Position numbers and translations under genes: made by a program. Positions 51,714 to 61,728 of a DNA stretch of 64,000 bases are shown here, piece by piece. The notes beneath the pieces were generated by a model that did no database searches, was not told where the DNA came from, and worked only from the letters and a program-made list of their open reading frames with translations. The stretch is from an uncultured delta proteobacterium (GTDB taxonomy: Bacteria > Desulfobacterota > RBG-13-43-22), in the NCBI GenBank assembly GCA_963743305.1, contig CAVUPH010000042.1:82018-146017 (forward strand). Direction: 5' to 3'. Each line of letters starts with the position of its first letter. Position 1 is the stretch's first letter.

Positions 51714-54110
51714 ATGGACAATAACAGAAAGACCAAAGAGCAACCGATCCAAGAGTTGAAGGATCTTCGACGGGGGATGGCTGAACCTGAAAAATCAGAA
51801 ACCGAGCCCCAGCAGAACGAGGATACGCTACAGGATAGGGAACGCTACCTGCGCCTGATTGCGGACAACATCCCGGCGTATGTTGCCTATGTGGACTCGA
51901 GTTTACACTATCGTTTTATCAACAGGGCTTACGAAGATTTGTTTGGCAAGACCCGGGCTGAAATAGTGGGTCAACCGGTCAGCCAGGTTTTAGGAGAAGT
52001 CTATTTTGAGAATGTACAGGAAAATATCCATTCGGCTCTTTCCGGTAGAAAGGTGTTTTTTGAATCACCTTTGTCGGTGGGGGGGAAGCAAATTTTTCTA
52101 TCCACATCCTATATACCGGACAAAGATGCGCAGGGGGTTACCAAAGGTTTAATTGTATTGGTTGTTGACATCAGCGAACGCAAGCGGGCGGAGGAGGAAT
52201 TAAGAAAACGCAATAAATATATTGAGACCATTCTTGATAATATGCCGATTGGATTAGCGATAAATACCATTGCCGACGGAGTGGCCAGATACTTGAATAA
52301 CAATTTTACTGCCATATACGGCTGGCCAAAGGAAGTACTTACCGATGTCAGTCAATTTTTTGAAAAGGTGTACCCCGGCGTCGAAGGTGAAAAACTGAAG
52401 GCCAGAGTCCTAAGTGATATGAGTAGCGGTGATCCAAAGAAGATGTTTTGGGATGATTTGAAAATAACAACCGGCACAGGGGAGCACAGATATATATCCG
52501 CAATGAACATCCCCATCCTTGAGCAAAACCTGATGATCTCAACAGTCTGGGATACGACACGGCTGCATAAGTCACAGGAGGCGCTGCGGGAGCAGGAGGA
52601 AAAATACAGGAATCTCTTCAATAACGCCGAAGTCGGCATATTCAGGTCAAGGCTCGATGGGTCGGAGGTCCTGGAAGTAAACCGCCAGTTTCTCGATATC
52701 GTCGGGATGACGGCGGAGGAGACGCTGGGAAAGCCATCGGTAAATCTCTGGGCAGACCCGAAAGAGCGCCAGGAAATGGTCAAAAGGCTGGTGGCAGACG
52801 GCAGCGTGTCGGCATTTGAATATAAAATGCTGAACAAAAAGCAGGGTGAAACCAGAAACTGCCTTACCTCCCTGCGGCTCTACCGGGAAGAGGGGATCCT
52901 GGAAGGGTCAATTCTCGACATTACTGAGCGGAAGCGGGCCGAGGAGGAGAAGATCAAACTCGAAGCTCAGCTCCAGCAGGCCCAGAAAATGGAATCGGTG
53001 GGCCGCCTGGCGGGGGGCGTGGCCCACGACTTCAACAACATGCTGGGGGCGATCCTGGGGCATGCGGAGTTGGCTATCGAGCAGGTGGACCCGGCCCAAC
53101 CGCTGCATGCCCACTTGGAGGAAATCCAGAAAGCCGCCCGGCGTTCCGCCGACCTGACGCGGCAATTACTGGCCTTTGCCCGCAAACAGACCATCTCGCC
53201 CAAAGTGCTGGACCTGAACGAGACCATCGAAGGCATACTCAAGATGCTGAGGCGGTTGATCGGCGAGGATATTCATCTCGCCTGGCTGCCGGGAGCGAGC
53301 GTCTGGCCGGTCAAGGTAGACCCCTCCCAGCTCGACCAAATTTTGGCCAACCTGTGCGTCAATGCCCGGGACGCCATCGCCGACGTCGGCCGGGTCACCA
53401 TCGAGACGGGAAACAGGACCTTGGATGAGGCCTACTGCGCCGATTACCCGGGCTTGGTGCCCGGGGAGTATGTGCAACTCACCCTGAGTGACGACGGTTG
53501 CGGCATGGACCGGAAAACGCTGGCTCACATCTTCGAGCCTTTCTTTACGACCAAGGGCGTCGGCGAGGGCACCGGCCTGGGCCTGGCCACAGTGTATGGG
53601 GTAGTCAAGCAGAACAAGGGTTTCATCAATGTCTACAGCGAACCGGGACAGGGAACGACCTTCACGATCTATCTGCCCCGGCAGGCGGGGAAAACCGAGC
53701 CGCTCCGGACAAAAGGCGCGGCGGGGCCGGTCCTGCGCGGCCACGAGACCATCCTGCTGGTGGAAGACGAACCAAGCATTCTGAAACTGACCACGGTGAT
53801 GCTCGAACGGCAGGGCTACACCGTGCGGGCGGCCGGCACCCCGGGGGAAGCCCTTCGTCTGGCCCGGGAGCACGCCGGCGAGATCCACCTGCTCATGACC
53901 GATGTGGTCATGCCCGAGATGAACGGCCGGGATCTGGCCAAAAACCTGCTGTCCCTCTATCCGAATCTCAAGCGTCTGTTCATGTCGGGGTATACCGCCA
54001 ATGTCATCGCCCATCACGGGGTAATGGAGCCGGGCGTTTACTTCCTTCAGAAGCCCTTCTCTATAATTGAACTGGCCGACAAAGTACGGGAAGCGTTGGA
54101 CAGCAAATAA
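51714..54110 (+). CDS. PAS hybrid histidine kinase with receiver
   Basis: Three PAS; LAGGVAHDFNN, EPFFTTK, LLVEDE...TDVVMP. Confidence 0.93.
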   Translation: MDNNRKTKEQPIQELKDLRRGMAEPEKSETEPQQNEDTLQDRERYLRLIADNIPAYVAYVDSSLHYRFINRAYEDLFGKTRAEIVGQPVSQVLGEVYFENVQENIHSALSGRKVFFESPLSVGGKQIFLSTSYIPDKDAQGVTKGLIVLVVDISERKRAEEELRKRNKYIETILDNMPIGLAINTIADGVARYLNNNFTAIYGWPKEVLTDVSQFFEKVYPGVEGEKLKARVLSDMSSGDPKKMFWDDLKITTGTGEHRYISAMNIPILEQNLMISTVWDTTRLHKSQEALREQEEKYRNLFNNAEVGIFRSRLDGSEVLEVNRQFLDIVGMTAEETLGKPSVNLWADPKERQEMVKRLVADGSVSAFEYKMLNKKQGETRNCLTSLRLYREEGILEGSILDITERKRAEEEKIKLEAQLQQAQKMESVGRLAGGVAHDFNNMLGAILGHAELAIEQVDPAQPLHAHLEEIQKAARRSADLTRQLLAFARKQTISPKVLDLNETIEGILKMLRRLIGEDIHLAWLPGASVWPVKVDPSQLDQILANLCVNARDAIADVGRVTIETGNRTLDEAYCADYPGLVPGEYVQLTLSDDGCGMDRKTLAHIFEPFFTTKGVGEGTGLGLATVYGVVKQNKGFINVYSEPGQGTTFTIYLPRQAGKTEPLRTKGAAGPVLRGHETILLVEDEPSILKLTTVMLERQGYTVRAAGTPGEALRLAREHAGEIHLLMTDVVMPEMNGRDLAKNLLSLYPNLKRLFMSGYTANVIAHHGVMEPGVYFLQKPFSIIELADKVREALDSK

Positions 54111-54204
54111 GGGAACCAGCGTTCGGCTATCACCAGGGGCTGCATTGGGCGGGGAACATGGCCGTTAGCCCAATGATTTCGGTAATGGTTACCTTCCCAG
54201 ACGG

Positions 54205-55947
54205 CTATTTCGCCTGTCTTTTCTGCTTCTCCTCGTCCTTCAAGACCCGCCGTAAGATCTTGCCTACCGGCGTCATGGGCAGGGCCTCGCGGAACTCCAC
54301 AGCGTGGGGTCGTTTGTAAGCCGCCATCCGGTCCCGACAGAATTCGATAATCTCTTCCTCGGTGGCCGTCTCCCCGGGCTTAAGCTGGACAAAGGCCTTG
54401 ACGGACTCCCCGCTGCGGGCGTCGGGGATGCCGATGACGGCGGCATTGGCTACTTTGGGATGCTCATAGAGGACTTCTTCCACCTCCCGGGGGAAAGCCT
54501 TCATGCCTCCGACGATGATCATGTCTTTCTTGCGGTCGGTAATGACCGTGAAGCCTTCCTCGTCCAGGTGTCCGATGTCCCCGGTCAGGAAATAACGGCG
54601 GCCGTCGATCATCCGAAAAACTTTTTCATTTTCTTGCGGTTTGTTCCAGTAGCCTTTCATCACCTGGGGTCCGCTCAGGGCGATTTCCCCGTCCTCTCCC
54701 CGGGGCATTTCCTGGTTCCCGGTCTCCACGTCGATAATTTTGACCATCGTGTCCGGCAGAGGCAGGCCGATGGTCCCGAATTTACGCCCCCGACGGTTGG
54801 TCGGGTTGGTGTGGGTTACCGGGGAGGTCTCGCTCAGACCATAGCCTTCCACCAGGAGTCCCCCATGGGTCAATTCCTCAAATTGTTTGGCCACCTCCAG
54901 GGGCAGGGGCGCCGCCCCGGAAGAACAATAGATGATCGAGCTGAGATCGAACTGCTTGACCAGGGGATGATTGATAATGGCGCTGTAGAGGGTCGGGACC
55001 CCATGCAGGATGGTGACTTTGTATTTTTGGATCAGCTTCAGGACCTCGGTGAAGGGCGGGTTCCCGGCCCGGGGGTCGGGAACACAGACGACCCGGAAGC
55101 CGCTCAGGCAACAAGACATCAGGGTCAGGGTCAAGCCATAGGAATGGTACCAGGGTAAAACCCCCATGTAGGTCTGTTCGGTCTCGGAGACCTTGATGCT
55201 CGGCCCGCCTTCCTTGGGTTCCAACCGGGCCCACTCCTCGATCATCTTCAGGTTGGAGTAAATGTTGTTATGGGTTAAGGAGGCCCCTTTAGGGACCCCG
55301 GTCGTGCCGCCGGTGTACAGGATCAGGGCCAAGTCCTCCACGGGATCAATGTCCAACCGGGGAGGGGAGGGCGGGGTCTTCAAGACCTCCTTGAAAAGGA
55401 GGTGTTTTGGATCCAGGGCCGGGGCCTTGGGGATCTTTCCCAGCAGTCCGCCCAGGACGGCTTTGAGGGGAGGGAGAAAATCCTTGACGGAGCAAACCAC
55501 GACCGTTTGGACGTCGGTCCCTTTCAGGGCCTCCAGGGCCGTGGGATAGATGACCGGATGATCCAGCACGAACAGGGCCTTAGCCCCGCAATCTTTCAAC
55601 TGAAAGTTCAGTTCGTTGGCCTTATACAGGGGGTTGCAGGTGACACCGACCGCCCCGGATTTGAGGGCGCCGAAAAAGGTCACCGGGAAATGGGGGACAT
55701 TGGGCAGGAAGAGGGCCACCCGGTCGCCCCGCTGGATGCCTTTCCGGACCAGAAAAGTGGACACCCGGTCGGCCATATCCAGGATTTGCCGGTAGGTCTG
55801 TTCGTGGTCGGCGAAGATGGTGTAAGTGCGGTGGGGATATTTTTGGGCTGTTTCTTCAAGAATCTTGAAGAGCGGCTGGGGTTCGTAGGTCAGGGTATGG
55901 GGAACTTCCGCGGGCCATTTAAACTTGTGCCAAAGCTGTTCTTCCAT
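54205..55947 (-). CDS. fadD: Long-chain fatty-acid--CoA ligase
   Basis: YTGGTTGVPKG, EGYGLSE, TGDIG, GKILRR. Confidence 0.9.
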   Translation of the reverse strand: MEEQLWHKFKWPAEVPHTLTYEPQPLFKILEETAQKYPHRTYTIFADHEQTYRQILDMADRVSTFLVRKGIQRGDRVALFLPNVPHFPVTFFGALKSGAVGVTCNPLYKANELNFQLKDCGAKALFVLDHPVIYPTALEALKGTDVQTVVVCSVKDFLPPLKAVLGGLLGKIPKAPALDPKHLLFKEVLKTPPSPPRLDIDPVEDLALILYTGGTTGVPKGASLTHNNIYSNLKMIEEWARLEPKEGGPSIKVSETEQTYMGVLPWYHSYGLTLTLMSCCLSGFRVVCVPDPRAGNPPFTEVLKLIQKYKVTILHGVPTLYSAIINHPLVKQFDLSSIIYCSSGAAPLPLEVAKQFEELTHGGLLVEGYGLSETSPVTHTNPTNRRGRKFGTIGLPLPDTMVKIIDVETGNQEMPRGEDGEIALSGPQVMKGYWNKPQENEKVFRMIDGRRYFLTGDIGHLDEEGFTVITDRKKDMIIVGGMKAFPREVEEVLYEHPKVANAAVIGIPDARSGESVKAFVQLKPGETATEEEIIEFCRDRMAAYKRPHAVEFREALPMTPVGKILRRVLKDEEKQKRQAK

Positions 55948-56097
55948 GACGGGTCTCCTTTTGCGAGTCTTAGGAATATCGTTAAAGATTTCCTCCAAAG
56001 AGGAAAAACGTGCGGGGTGGTTTTTAGAGAGGGATCATAATGCAAAAACCGGCACAGATCAATAGAAGTTTTCGGGGGAAGTTTTCAGGCTTTTTGT

Positions 56098-56127
56098 TTG
56101 ACAGGATAAGCAGCCCCACCCTATACT
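56098..56127 (+). promoter_or_regulatory. Sigma70 promoter, near-leaderless
   Basis: TTGACA-18 bp-TATACT; ATG 9 nt downstream; no RBS. Confidence 0.55.
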
Positions 56128-56136
56128 TTTTCCGAA

Positions 56137-57045
56137 ATGTTCGGCTGGAAGGATTTAATCCTCTTGATAACGATTTTCGGCTCCATGGGCCTGGGCCTTT
56201 CCTGGCCTGCCCTGGGGAGACCCCTGACCCCCGGATTGACCTATTTCCTGATATTTCTCCTTTTCTTGAGCTTCCTGCAGTTGAAAATGGACGAAATCTG
56301 GACCTCCTGGAAAAGGCACGGATTCCATTTATTCATTTTGGGGATCATCAAGCTCCTGATCTTGCCGATCGTTCTTTATTTTCTGTTTGATCGGCTCTGG
56401 CCGGAATACGCCCTGCCGGTCCTGCTGCTGAGCGGCGTTTCCACCGGGGTGACGGCCCCCTTTATTTCCGGCCTGGTGGGGGGGCAAACTACCCTGGTGC
56501 TGGGCCTGGTGGTACTGACCTCCCTCTTCCTCCCCTTTTCCCTGCCCTTATTGGTCCGGTTGTTGTCGGGGGCGGAGCTGCAGATTCCCTTCGGGGCCAT
56601 GTTCCGGCTTCTGGCCCTGGTTATTTTCTTTCCGGCCCTGCTGGCGGCCGTTCTCCGCAGGATCAGTCCTCGATTTTTAGAAAGGCTTTCCGCCGTCCGC
56701 TATCCTTTGTCGCTCACCTGCTTTGTCTGTATTAATCTGGCGATCTTTTCCCGTTACCAGGGTTTCTTCCGGGATCGTCCCCTGGAAATCCTGAACGCCA
56801 CCCTGGTCGCCTACCTGCTGGCCCTGATATTTCATGGAGTCGGCTGGTTTGTATTCAGGGGCCAGCCGGCGGAGGTGCGTCTGGCTCAGACGGTCTCCTT
56901 GGCTTACGTCAATAATATCCTGGTGGTGGTCTTTTCCGCCCGTTTTTTCGGCCCTCTGGCCACGACCCTGGCGGTGATGTACCTGCTGCCATTTTTTACC
57001 CTGATTGTCCCCCTGCGCCTGTTAGGAGGTTCGACCCGATCATGA
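56137..57045 (+). CDS. Bile acid:sodium symporter-family transporter
   Basis: About 10 TM helices; BASS-like STGVTAP...GG and YVNN motifs. Confidence 0.75.
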   Translation: MFGWKDLILLITIFGSMGLGLSWPALGRPLTPGLTYFLIFLLFLSFLQLKMDEIWTSWKRHGFHLFILGIIKLLILPIVLYFLFDRLWPEYALPVLLLSGVSTGVTAPFISGLVGGQTTLVLGLVVLTSLFLPFSLPLLVRLLSGAELQIPFGAMFRLLALVIFFPALLAAVLRRISPRFLERLSAVRYPLSLTCFVCINLAIFSRYQGFFRDRPLEILNATLVAYLLALIFHGVGWFVFRGQPAEVRLAQTVSLAYVNNILVVVFSARFFGPLATTLAVMYLLPFFTLIVPLRLLGGSTRS

Positions 57046-59411
57046 TCCCCGTCCCCACCCGTGAACAATTGGAATTTCATAAACTGTTGATCCTAGCGGC
57101 TGAAGCGGCCCACAGCGAAGCCTCCCGAAAGGCCATCCGGTCCATAGAACCTTTAGGAAGCCAAGAAGCCATTCAACAGCGCCAGGCTCGGATCGAGGAG
57201 GTCCGTCGTTTAGACCGGGAGGGGGTCCCTTTGTCCCTGTTCCCCTTTGTCGATTTACAGCCCTTTCTCCTCCGGGTTCGGCCTCAAGGGGCCATTTTAG
57301 AACCGATCGAACTGGCCGCCTTCGGCCCGGTCCTGGGCCTGATCGAAGCCCTGGGTCTGCAGATCAGGGAACGAGCCGACCTGCCGAATCTCCGCGAGCT
57401 GATAGCGGGTTTTAACGGCCATCCGGAATTATGGCAGGCCCTCAGACGGTCCCTGGACGACGAAGGGCATATCCTCGACCAGGCCTCATTCCTGCTGGCG
57501 GATTTGCGCTCTCAGGTCAGGCAGGTGGAGGCCCGGATTCGTAAACAGCTCACCGACCTGATTCGGGACCATAGCCTGTCCAACCTGCTGCAGGACGATT
57601 TCGTCACCCAGCGTTCCGGCCGTTGGGTCATTCCGGTGCGGATGGAGTCTCGCTTCCAGATCCCCGGCGTGGTCCACGACGTTTCCCGGTCCGGGGAGAC
57701 GGCCTTCGTGGAACCGACCGCCATCCTTCAGCTCTCCAACCAATTGGAAAACCTGACCGCCGAGGAGAAGGCGGAAGAAAACCGCATCCTGCGGGAGTTT
57801 TCCTCCCGGATTCGGGAGATCACCCGGGAACTGGAGGTGGAACTGCGAATCCTGATCGACCTGGATCTGCTGCAAGCTCTGGCCCGGATGGCGGACCGCT
57901 TAGGAATGGAACCGCCGCGGATTAACCAGGAGGGCTTCTTCGAAGTGGTTCAGGGCCGCCACCCGCTGCTGGAATTGTCTTTTCAGCGGCAGGCCGCCAA
58001 GGCCGAAGTGGTGCCCCTGGATATCCGCTTAAGCGAGCAGGGTAAGGTCATGGTCATCACCGGGTCCAACGCCGGCGGCAAGACGGTGGCCCTCAAAACC
58101 GTGGGCCTCTTGACCCTCATGGCCTTGTCCGGGATGCCGGTGCCGGCCCGGGATACCTCCAGCTTTCCCCTGGTCGAAAAACTCCTGGTGGATATGGGGG
58201 ACGAACAGTCCATCGAAAGCAGCCTTTCCACCTTCTCGGCGCATATCCGCCGCCTGTCGGAAATACTGAGTCAGGCCGACCAACGTTCGATCGTTTTGCT
58301 GGACGAACTGGGCACCAGCACCGACCCGGACGAAGGAGCGGCCCTGGCCTGCGCGATCCTGAAGCGCCTTCAGGAACAGGGGGCCCTGGTGATCGCCACC
58401 ACCCATCTGGCCGGGATCAAGGTATTCGCCGAATATACGGAAGGCCTGGTCAATGCCGCCATGGCTTTCGATCCCCTGACCCTGACGCCGCTCTACCGTC
58501 TGAAGGCCGGGGAACCCGGGCTTTCTCACGCGCTCGAGGTGGCGCAGCGTTATGGCCTGGACCCTTCGATTATCACTTCAGCCCGGGGACTATTGGGTGA
58601 GCAGAAGGTGCGGTTGGACCGTTTGATCATTGACTTGAGCGAGGAGAAAAAGCAATACGAAACGGCCCAACTGGAGATCAAACAGAGCCAAGCGACTTTG
58701 GCCGCCAAAGAGCAGGCCCTGGAGGAGGAACGAAAGGCCCTGGAAGAGGAAAAGAAAAAGATTTTAGCCAGGACCTTTCAGGAGGCCACGGACTACCTGA
58801 CTGCCCTTCGCCGCCAAATGCAGGCCCTGATGGATGAAATTCGGGAAAAAGGCCGGGGTCGGGGCAAGGAAGCCCTCAAGGAAGTGGGGAAAATTCAGGA
58901 GGAAGTCCATGAAAAACTAAAACAGTACTCCGGCCGGGAGACCCGGCGGCCCCTGACCCTGGAGGAGGTCCAGGAAGGCCGGATGGTGTACATTTCTTCC
59001 CTGGGTTACGATGCCGAGGTGGTCTCCGTCCTTAAAAAGCAACAACGGGTCAAGGTCCGGGCCGAGGGATTTGAAATCGAGGTCCCGCTGCTGGAAGTGA
59101 GCCCGCCGGCCGGGATCAAGCCGGCCCGAAAAGCCCGGTCCTCGCCGCGGCCTCTCTCCGCGGAATCGCCGCCCGCCCGCCTGAACCTGATCGGCCTGCG
59201 GGTGGACGAGGCCCTTTCCCGACTGGAACCCTTTTTGAATCAGGCCTCCCTGGGCGGTCTGACCGAAGTGATTATCGCGCATGGTTTCGGTGAAGGGATT
59301 CTGCAGCGGGCCGTCCGGGAGCATCTAAAGGGCCATCCCCTGGTCAAGGAATTCAGACCCGGCGCCCAAGCGGAAGGCGGGGCCGGGGCTACGGTCGCGA
59401 CGCTGGTTTAA
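57042..59411 (+). CDS. mutS2: MutS2 with C-terminal Smr domain
   Basis: GVVHDVSRSGET, ITGSNAGGKT, DEQSIESSLSTFS, LDELG, HGFGEG. Confidence 0.95.
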   Translation: MIPVPTREQLEFHKLLILAAEAAHSEASRKAIRSIEPLGSQEAIQQRQARIEEVRRLDREGVPLSLFPFVDLQPFLLRVRPQGAILEPIELAAFGPVLGLIEALGLQIRERADLPNLRELIAGFNGHPELWQALRRSLDDEGHILDQASFLLADLRSQVRQVEARIRKQLTDLIRDHSLSNLLQDDFVTQRSGRWVIPVRMESRFQIPGVVHDVSRSGETAFVEPTAILQLSNQLENLTAEEKAEENRILREFSSRIREITRELEVELRILIDLDLLQALARMADRLGMEPPRINQEGFFEVVQGRHPLLELSFQRQAAKAEVVPLDIRLSEQGKVMVITGSNAGGKTVALKTVGLLTLMALSGMPVPARDTSSFPLVEKLLVDMGDEQSIESSLSTFSAHIRRLSEILSQADQRSIVLLDELGTSTDPDEGAALACAILKRLQEQGALVIATTHLAGIKVFAEYTEGLVNAAMAFDPLTLTPLYRLKAGEPGLSHALEVAQRYGLDPSIITSARGLLGEQKVRLDRLIIDLSEEKKQYETAQLEIKQSQATLAAKEQALEEERKALEEEKKKILARTFQEATDYLTALRRQMQALMDEIREKGRGRGKEALKEVGKIQEEVHEKLKQYSGRETRRPLTLEEVQEGRMVYISSLGYDAEVVSVLKKQQRVKVRAEGFEIEVPLLEVSPPAGIKPARKARSSPRPLSAESPPARLNLIGLRVDEALSRLEPFLNQASLGGLTEVIIAHGFGEGILQRAVREHLKGHPLVKEFRPGAQAEGGAGATVATLV

Positions 59412-60712
59412 TGTTGGAGCCGTCGACTTCCCGAGAAATTTCCCGGCGGGCCTGGGCCATTTTCTGGATCGGCAGTTTGGGGTTTTTGCTTTCCATGTTT
59501 TACCGCTTGTCGATCACCGTGATCAGTCCGCATTTGACCCGCGATTTGAATCTGAATACGGTCCAGCTCAGCCAGTTATCGGCGGCCTTTTTCTACGCCT
59601 TTGCCCTCAGCCAGATCCCCATCGGCATGGCCCTGGATTTGATCGGTCCCCGAACGGTGGTAACCGCACTGAACGTGGCGGGCCTCTCCGGGGCGGTTTT
59701 TTTCGCTTTGTCCCAAACGATCGGACAGGCCTATTGGGCGCGCATTCTGATAGGCATCGGCATGAGCGGCAACCTCATGGGGATGCTGACCCTGCTGGCC
59801 GCCTGGTTTCCGGCCCGGCGCTTTGCTTCCATCGGCGGGTTATTCGTCGGGATCGGATCCGCGGGCAGCATGCTGGCCGCCACTCCCCTGGCCCTGCTGG
59901 CCCGGGCCTTCGGCTGGCGGGGCAGCTTCCTGCTCATCGCCTCGGTCAACGCGCTCCAGGTGCTGGCCTTCCTGGTTTTTGTCCGCGACCATCCTCCGAA
60001 AAAAGATCGTTTGAAGACTTCCGGGGCCAACCCCTTTAAAGGGTTGTGGCTGGTGTTGAAGTTCCCTTTCTACTGGTGGATCAGCATAGGGGCCTTTTTC
60101 CGTTACGGCTGCCTGACGGCCCTGCAGGGACTTTGGGCCGGCCCCTACTTGATCAACGGTTTGGGATTCAGCACCCTGGAAGCGGGAAACGCCCTTTTTT
60201 TCATGGGACTGAGTTACATGGTGGGACTGCCCCTGTCCGGGCGTTTCAGCGATCGGATCGCCCGAACACGGAAGTGGGTTATTCTGCCCTCGTTGTTTAT
60301 CACGGCCTTGCTCTTTCTATCCCTGATGGTTTGGTCCAGGGGGGCGCCGGTCATGGGCCTCTACCTGATTTTCTTTGCCTTGGGATTTTTTACGGCCCCC
60401 GGTCAGATCATGTATTCCCATATCAAGGAACTGGTTCCCCCGCAGGTCATGTCCACGGCCATGACCGGAATCAACCTCTTCACCATGCTGGGGGCGGCCT
60501 TGATCATGGAGGCCATGGGACTGGTGGTGGCGGCCGGACCGCGGGGCTTGAGCGGCCCGGAAGGGTTTGTCCCGGCCTGGATCCTTTGCGCCGCGGGCCT
60601 GGGATTGTCGGGGTTCCTCTATCTATTGGTGCCGGATAGTCCGCTGTCAAAAAAAAGCAAGCTTCTCCCTGGGGTGAAAAATAATGCCGGGGGACAGAAG
60701 AATGACGAATAG
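59411..60712 (+). CDS. MFS transporter
   Basis: 12 TM helices; G..LDLIGPR and GRFSDR motifs. Confidence 0.9.
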   Translation: MLEPSTSREISRRAWAIFWIGSLGFLLSMFYRLSITVISPHLTRDLNLNTVQLSQLSAAFFYAFALSQIPIGMALDLIGPRTVVTALNVAGLSGAVFFALSQTIGQAYWARILIGIGMSGNLMGMLTLLAAWFPARRFASIGGLFVGIGSAGSMLAATPLALLARAFGWRGSFLLIASVNALQVLAFLVFVRDHPPKKDRLKTSGANPFKGLWLVLKFPFYWWISIGAFFRYGCLTALQGLWAGPYLINGLGFSTLEAGNALFFMGLSYMVGLPLSGRFSDRIARTRKWVILPSLFITALLFLSLMVWSRGAPVMGLYLIFFALGFFTAPGQIMYSHIKELVPPQVMSTAMTGINLFTMLGAALIMEAMGLVVAAGPRGLSGPEGFVPAWILCAAGLGLSGFLYLLVPDSPLSKKSKLLPGVKNNAGGQKNDE

Positions 60713-60762
60713 CCATGGGAGATTGAAGCGGTCCTTGAGAAGATATGGCAGGAAATCCATTC

Positions 60763-61058
60763 TCCCTCACCCCGACCCTCTCCCCAAGGGAGAGGGAGGA
60801 ATGGAGAGGAACCTCTGCCGGGGGGGAGAAAATACGGGACTATAAGAACCAGTCAAGCAATAAGCTGTACAATACCGCTGATATCTCCGTTCATGCTGAG
60901 CTGCGAGCCTGTCGAGCAGTCGAAGCATGGCCGTATCTCACCCTTCGACTGCTCGACAGGCTCGCAGCTCAGGGCGAACGGTTGTAGACCCGCTTTGTCA
61001 AGTTTATTTGTTTACAGATCCTACCCCTCTCCCTTTGGGAGAGGGTCGGGGTGAGGGA
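60763..61058. repeat. Inverted pair of CCCTCACCCCGACCCTCTCC hairpin repeats (family D) enclosing MITE C copy 2
   Basis: 60763..60796 and 61025..61058 are near reverse complements. Confidence 0.8.
60843..61023. mobile_element. MITE family C copy 2 (inverted, with two 17-bp inserts)
   Basis: Reverse complement of 24949..25100. Confidence 0.78.
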
Positions 61059-61121
61059 AATTTATGAAGCCGGCACGAGAAATCTACTCACTCATGGAAA
61101 CCGACCGTTATCATACTTTTC

Positions 61122-61484
61122 ATGCCGATTAATCCTCAGAAACAACTGGAACTGGAAGAACGACTCAGTACGCTCCATATCCACCGGGAAGAGGTCGTCG
61201 AAAAATTCGTTCGTTCCGCCGGCCCGGGGGGGCAGAAGGTGAACAAAACATCGTCGGCGGTCTACCTGCGGCACCTCCCGACCGGCATCGAAATCAAGAT
61301 GCAGCAGGATCGTTCTCAGGCGGTGAATCGCTTTCTGGCCTGGCGGCTCCTGGCCGATAAAGTGGAGTTCCGCCAAACCGGAAAAGACCCGCGGGCGGCG
61401 AAGGCCGACCGCATCCGCAAGCAGAAGCAGCGCCGCCTCCGGAAGACCCGGGGGAGGGAGATGGAAGAGGGAAGCAAAAAATAA
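61122..61484 (+). CDS. Short GGQ peptide-release-factor-like protein (C12orf65/ArfB superfamily)
   Basis: FVRSAGPGGQKVNKTSS...HLPTG...RSQAVNR plus basic tail; no codon-recognition domain. Confidence 0.88.
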   Translation: MPINPQKQLELEERLSTLHIHREEVVEKFVRSAGPGGQKVNKTSSAVYLRHLPTGIEIKMQQDRSQAVNRFLAWRLLADKVEFRQTGKDPRAAKADRIRKQKQRRLRKTRGREMEEGSKK

Positions 61485-61495
61485 GGGGGGGAAAA

Positions 61496-61726
61496 ATGAA
61501 TAAAAAGCTCATCGTTATCTTGGTGTTGATCGGTTTGATTTTGACTTTAATTTTTCAAAATACCCAAAGTGTATCTTTGACCTTTTTCTTCTGGAGTCTG
61601 GCCCTGCCCTTGGTGATCCTGGTGGTGGGGTTGCTGGCCCTGGGCTTTGTCATCGGCTTTCTAGCGGCCAAAATGAAGGGTCCCAGGGACGAAACGCGAC
61701 GGGGCAAGTATAATCTACAAAGATAA
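61496..61726 (+). CDS. LapA/DUF1049-family small membrane protein
   Basis: TM-FQNTQSVSLTFFFW-TM pattern. Confidence 0.8.
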   Translation: MNKKLIVILVLIGLILTLIFQNTQSVSLTFFFWSLALPLVILVVGLLALGFVIGFLAAKMKGPRDETRRGKYNLQR

Positions 61727-61728
61727 AA

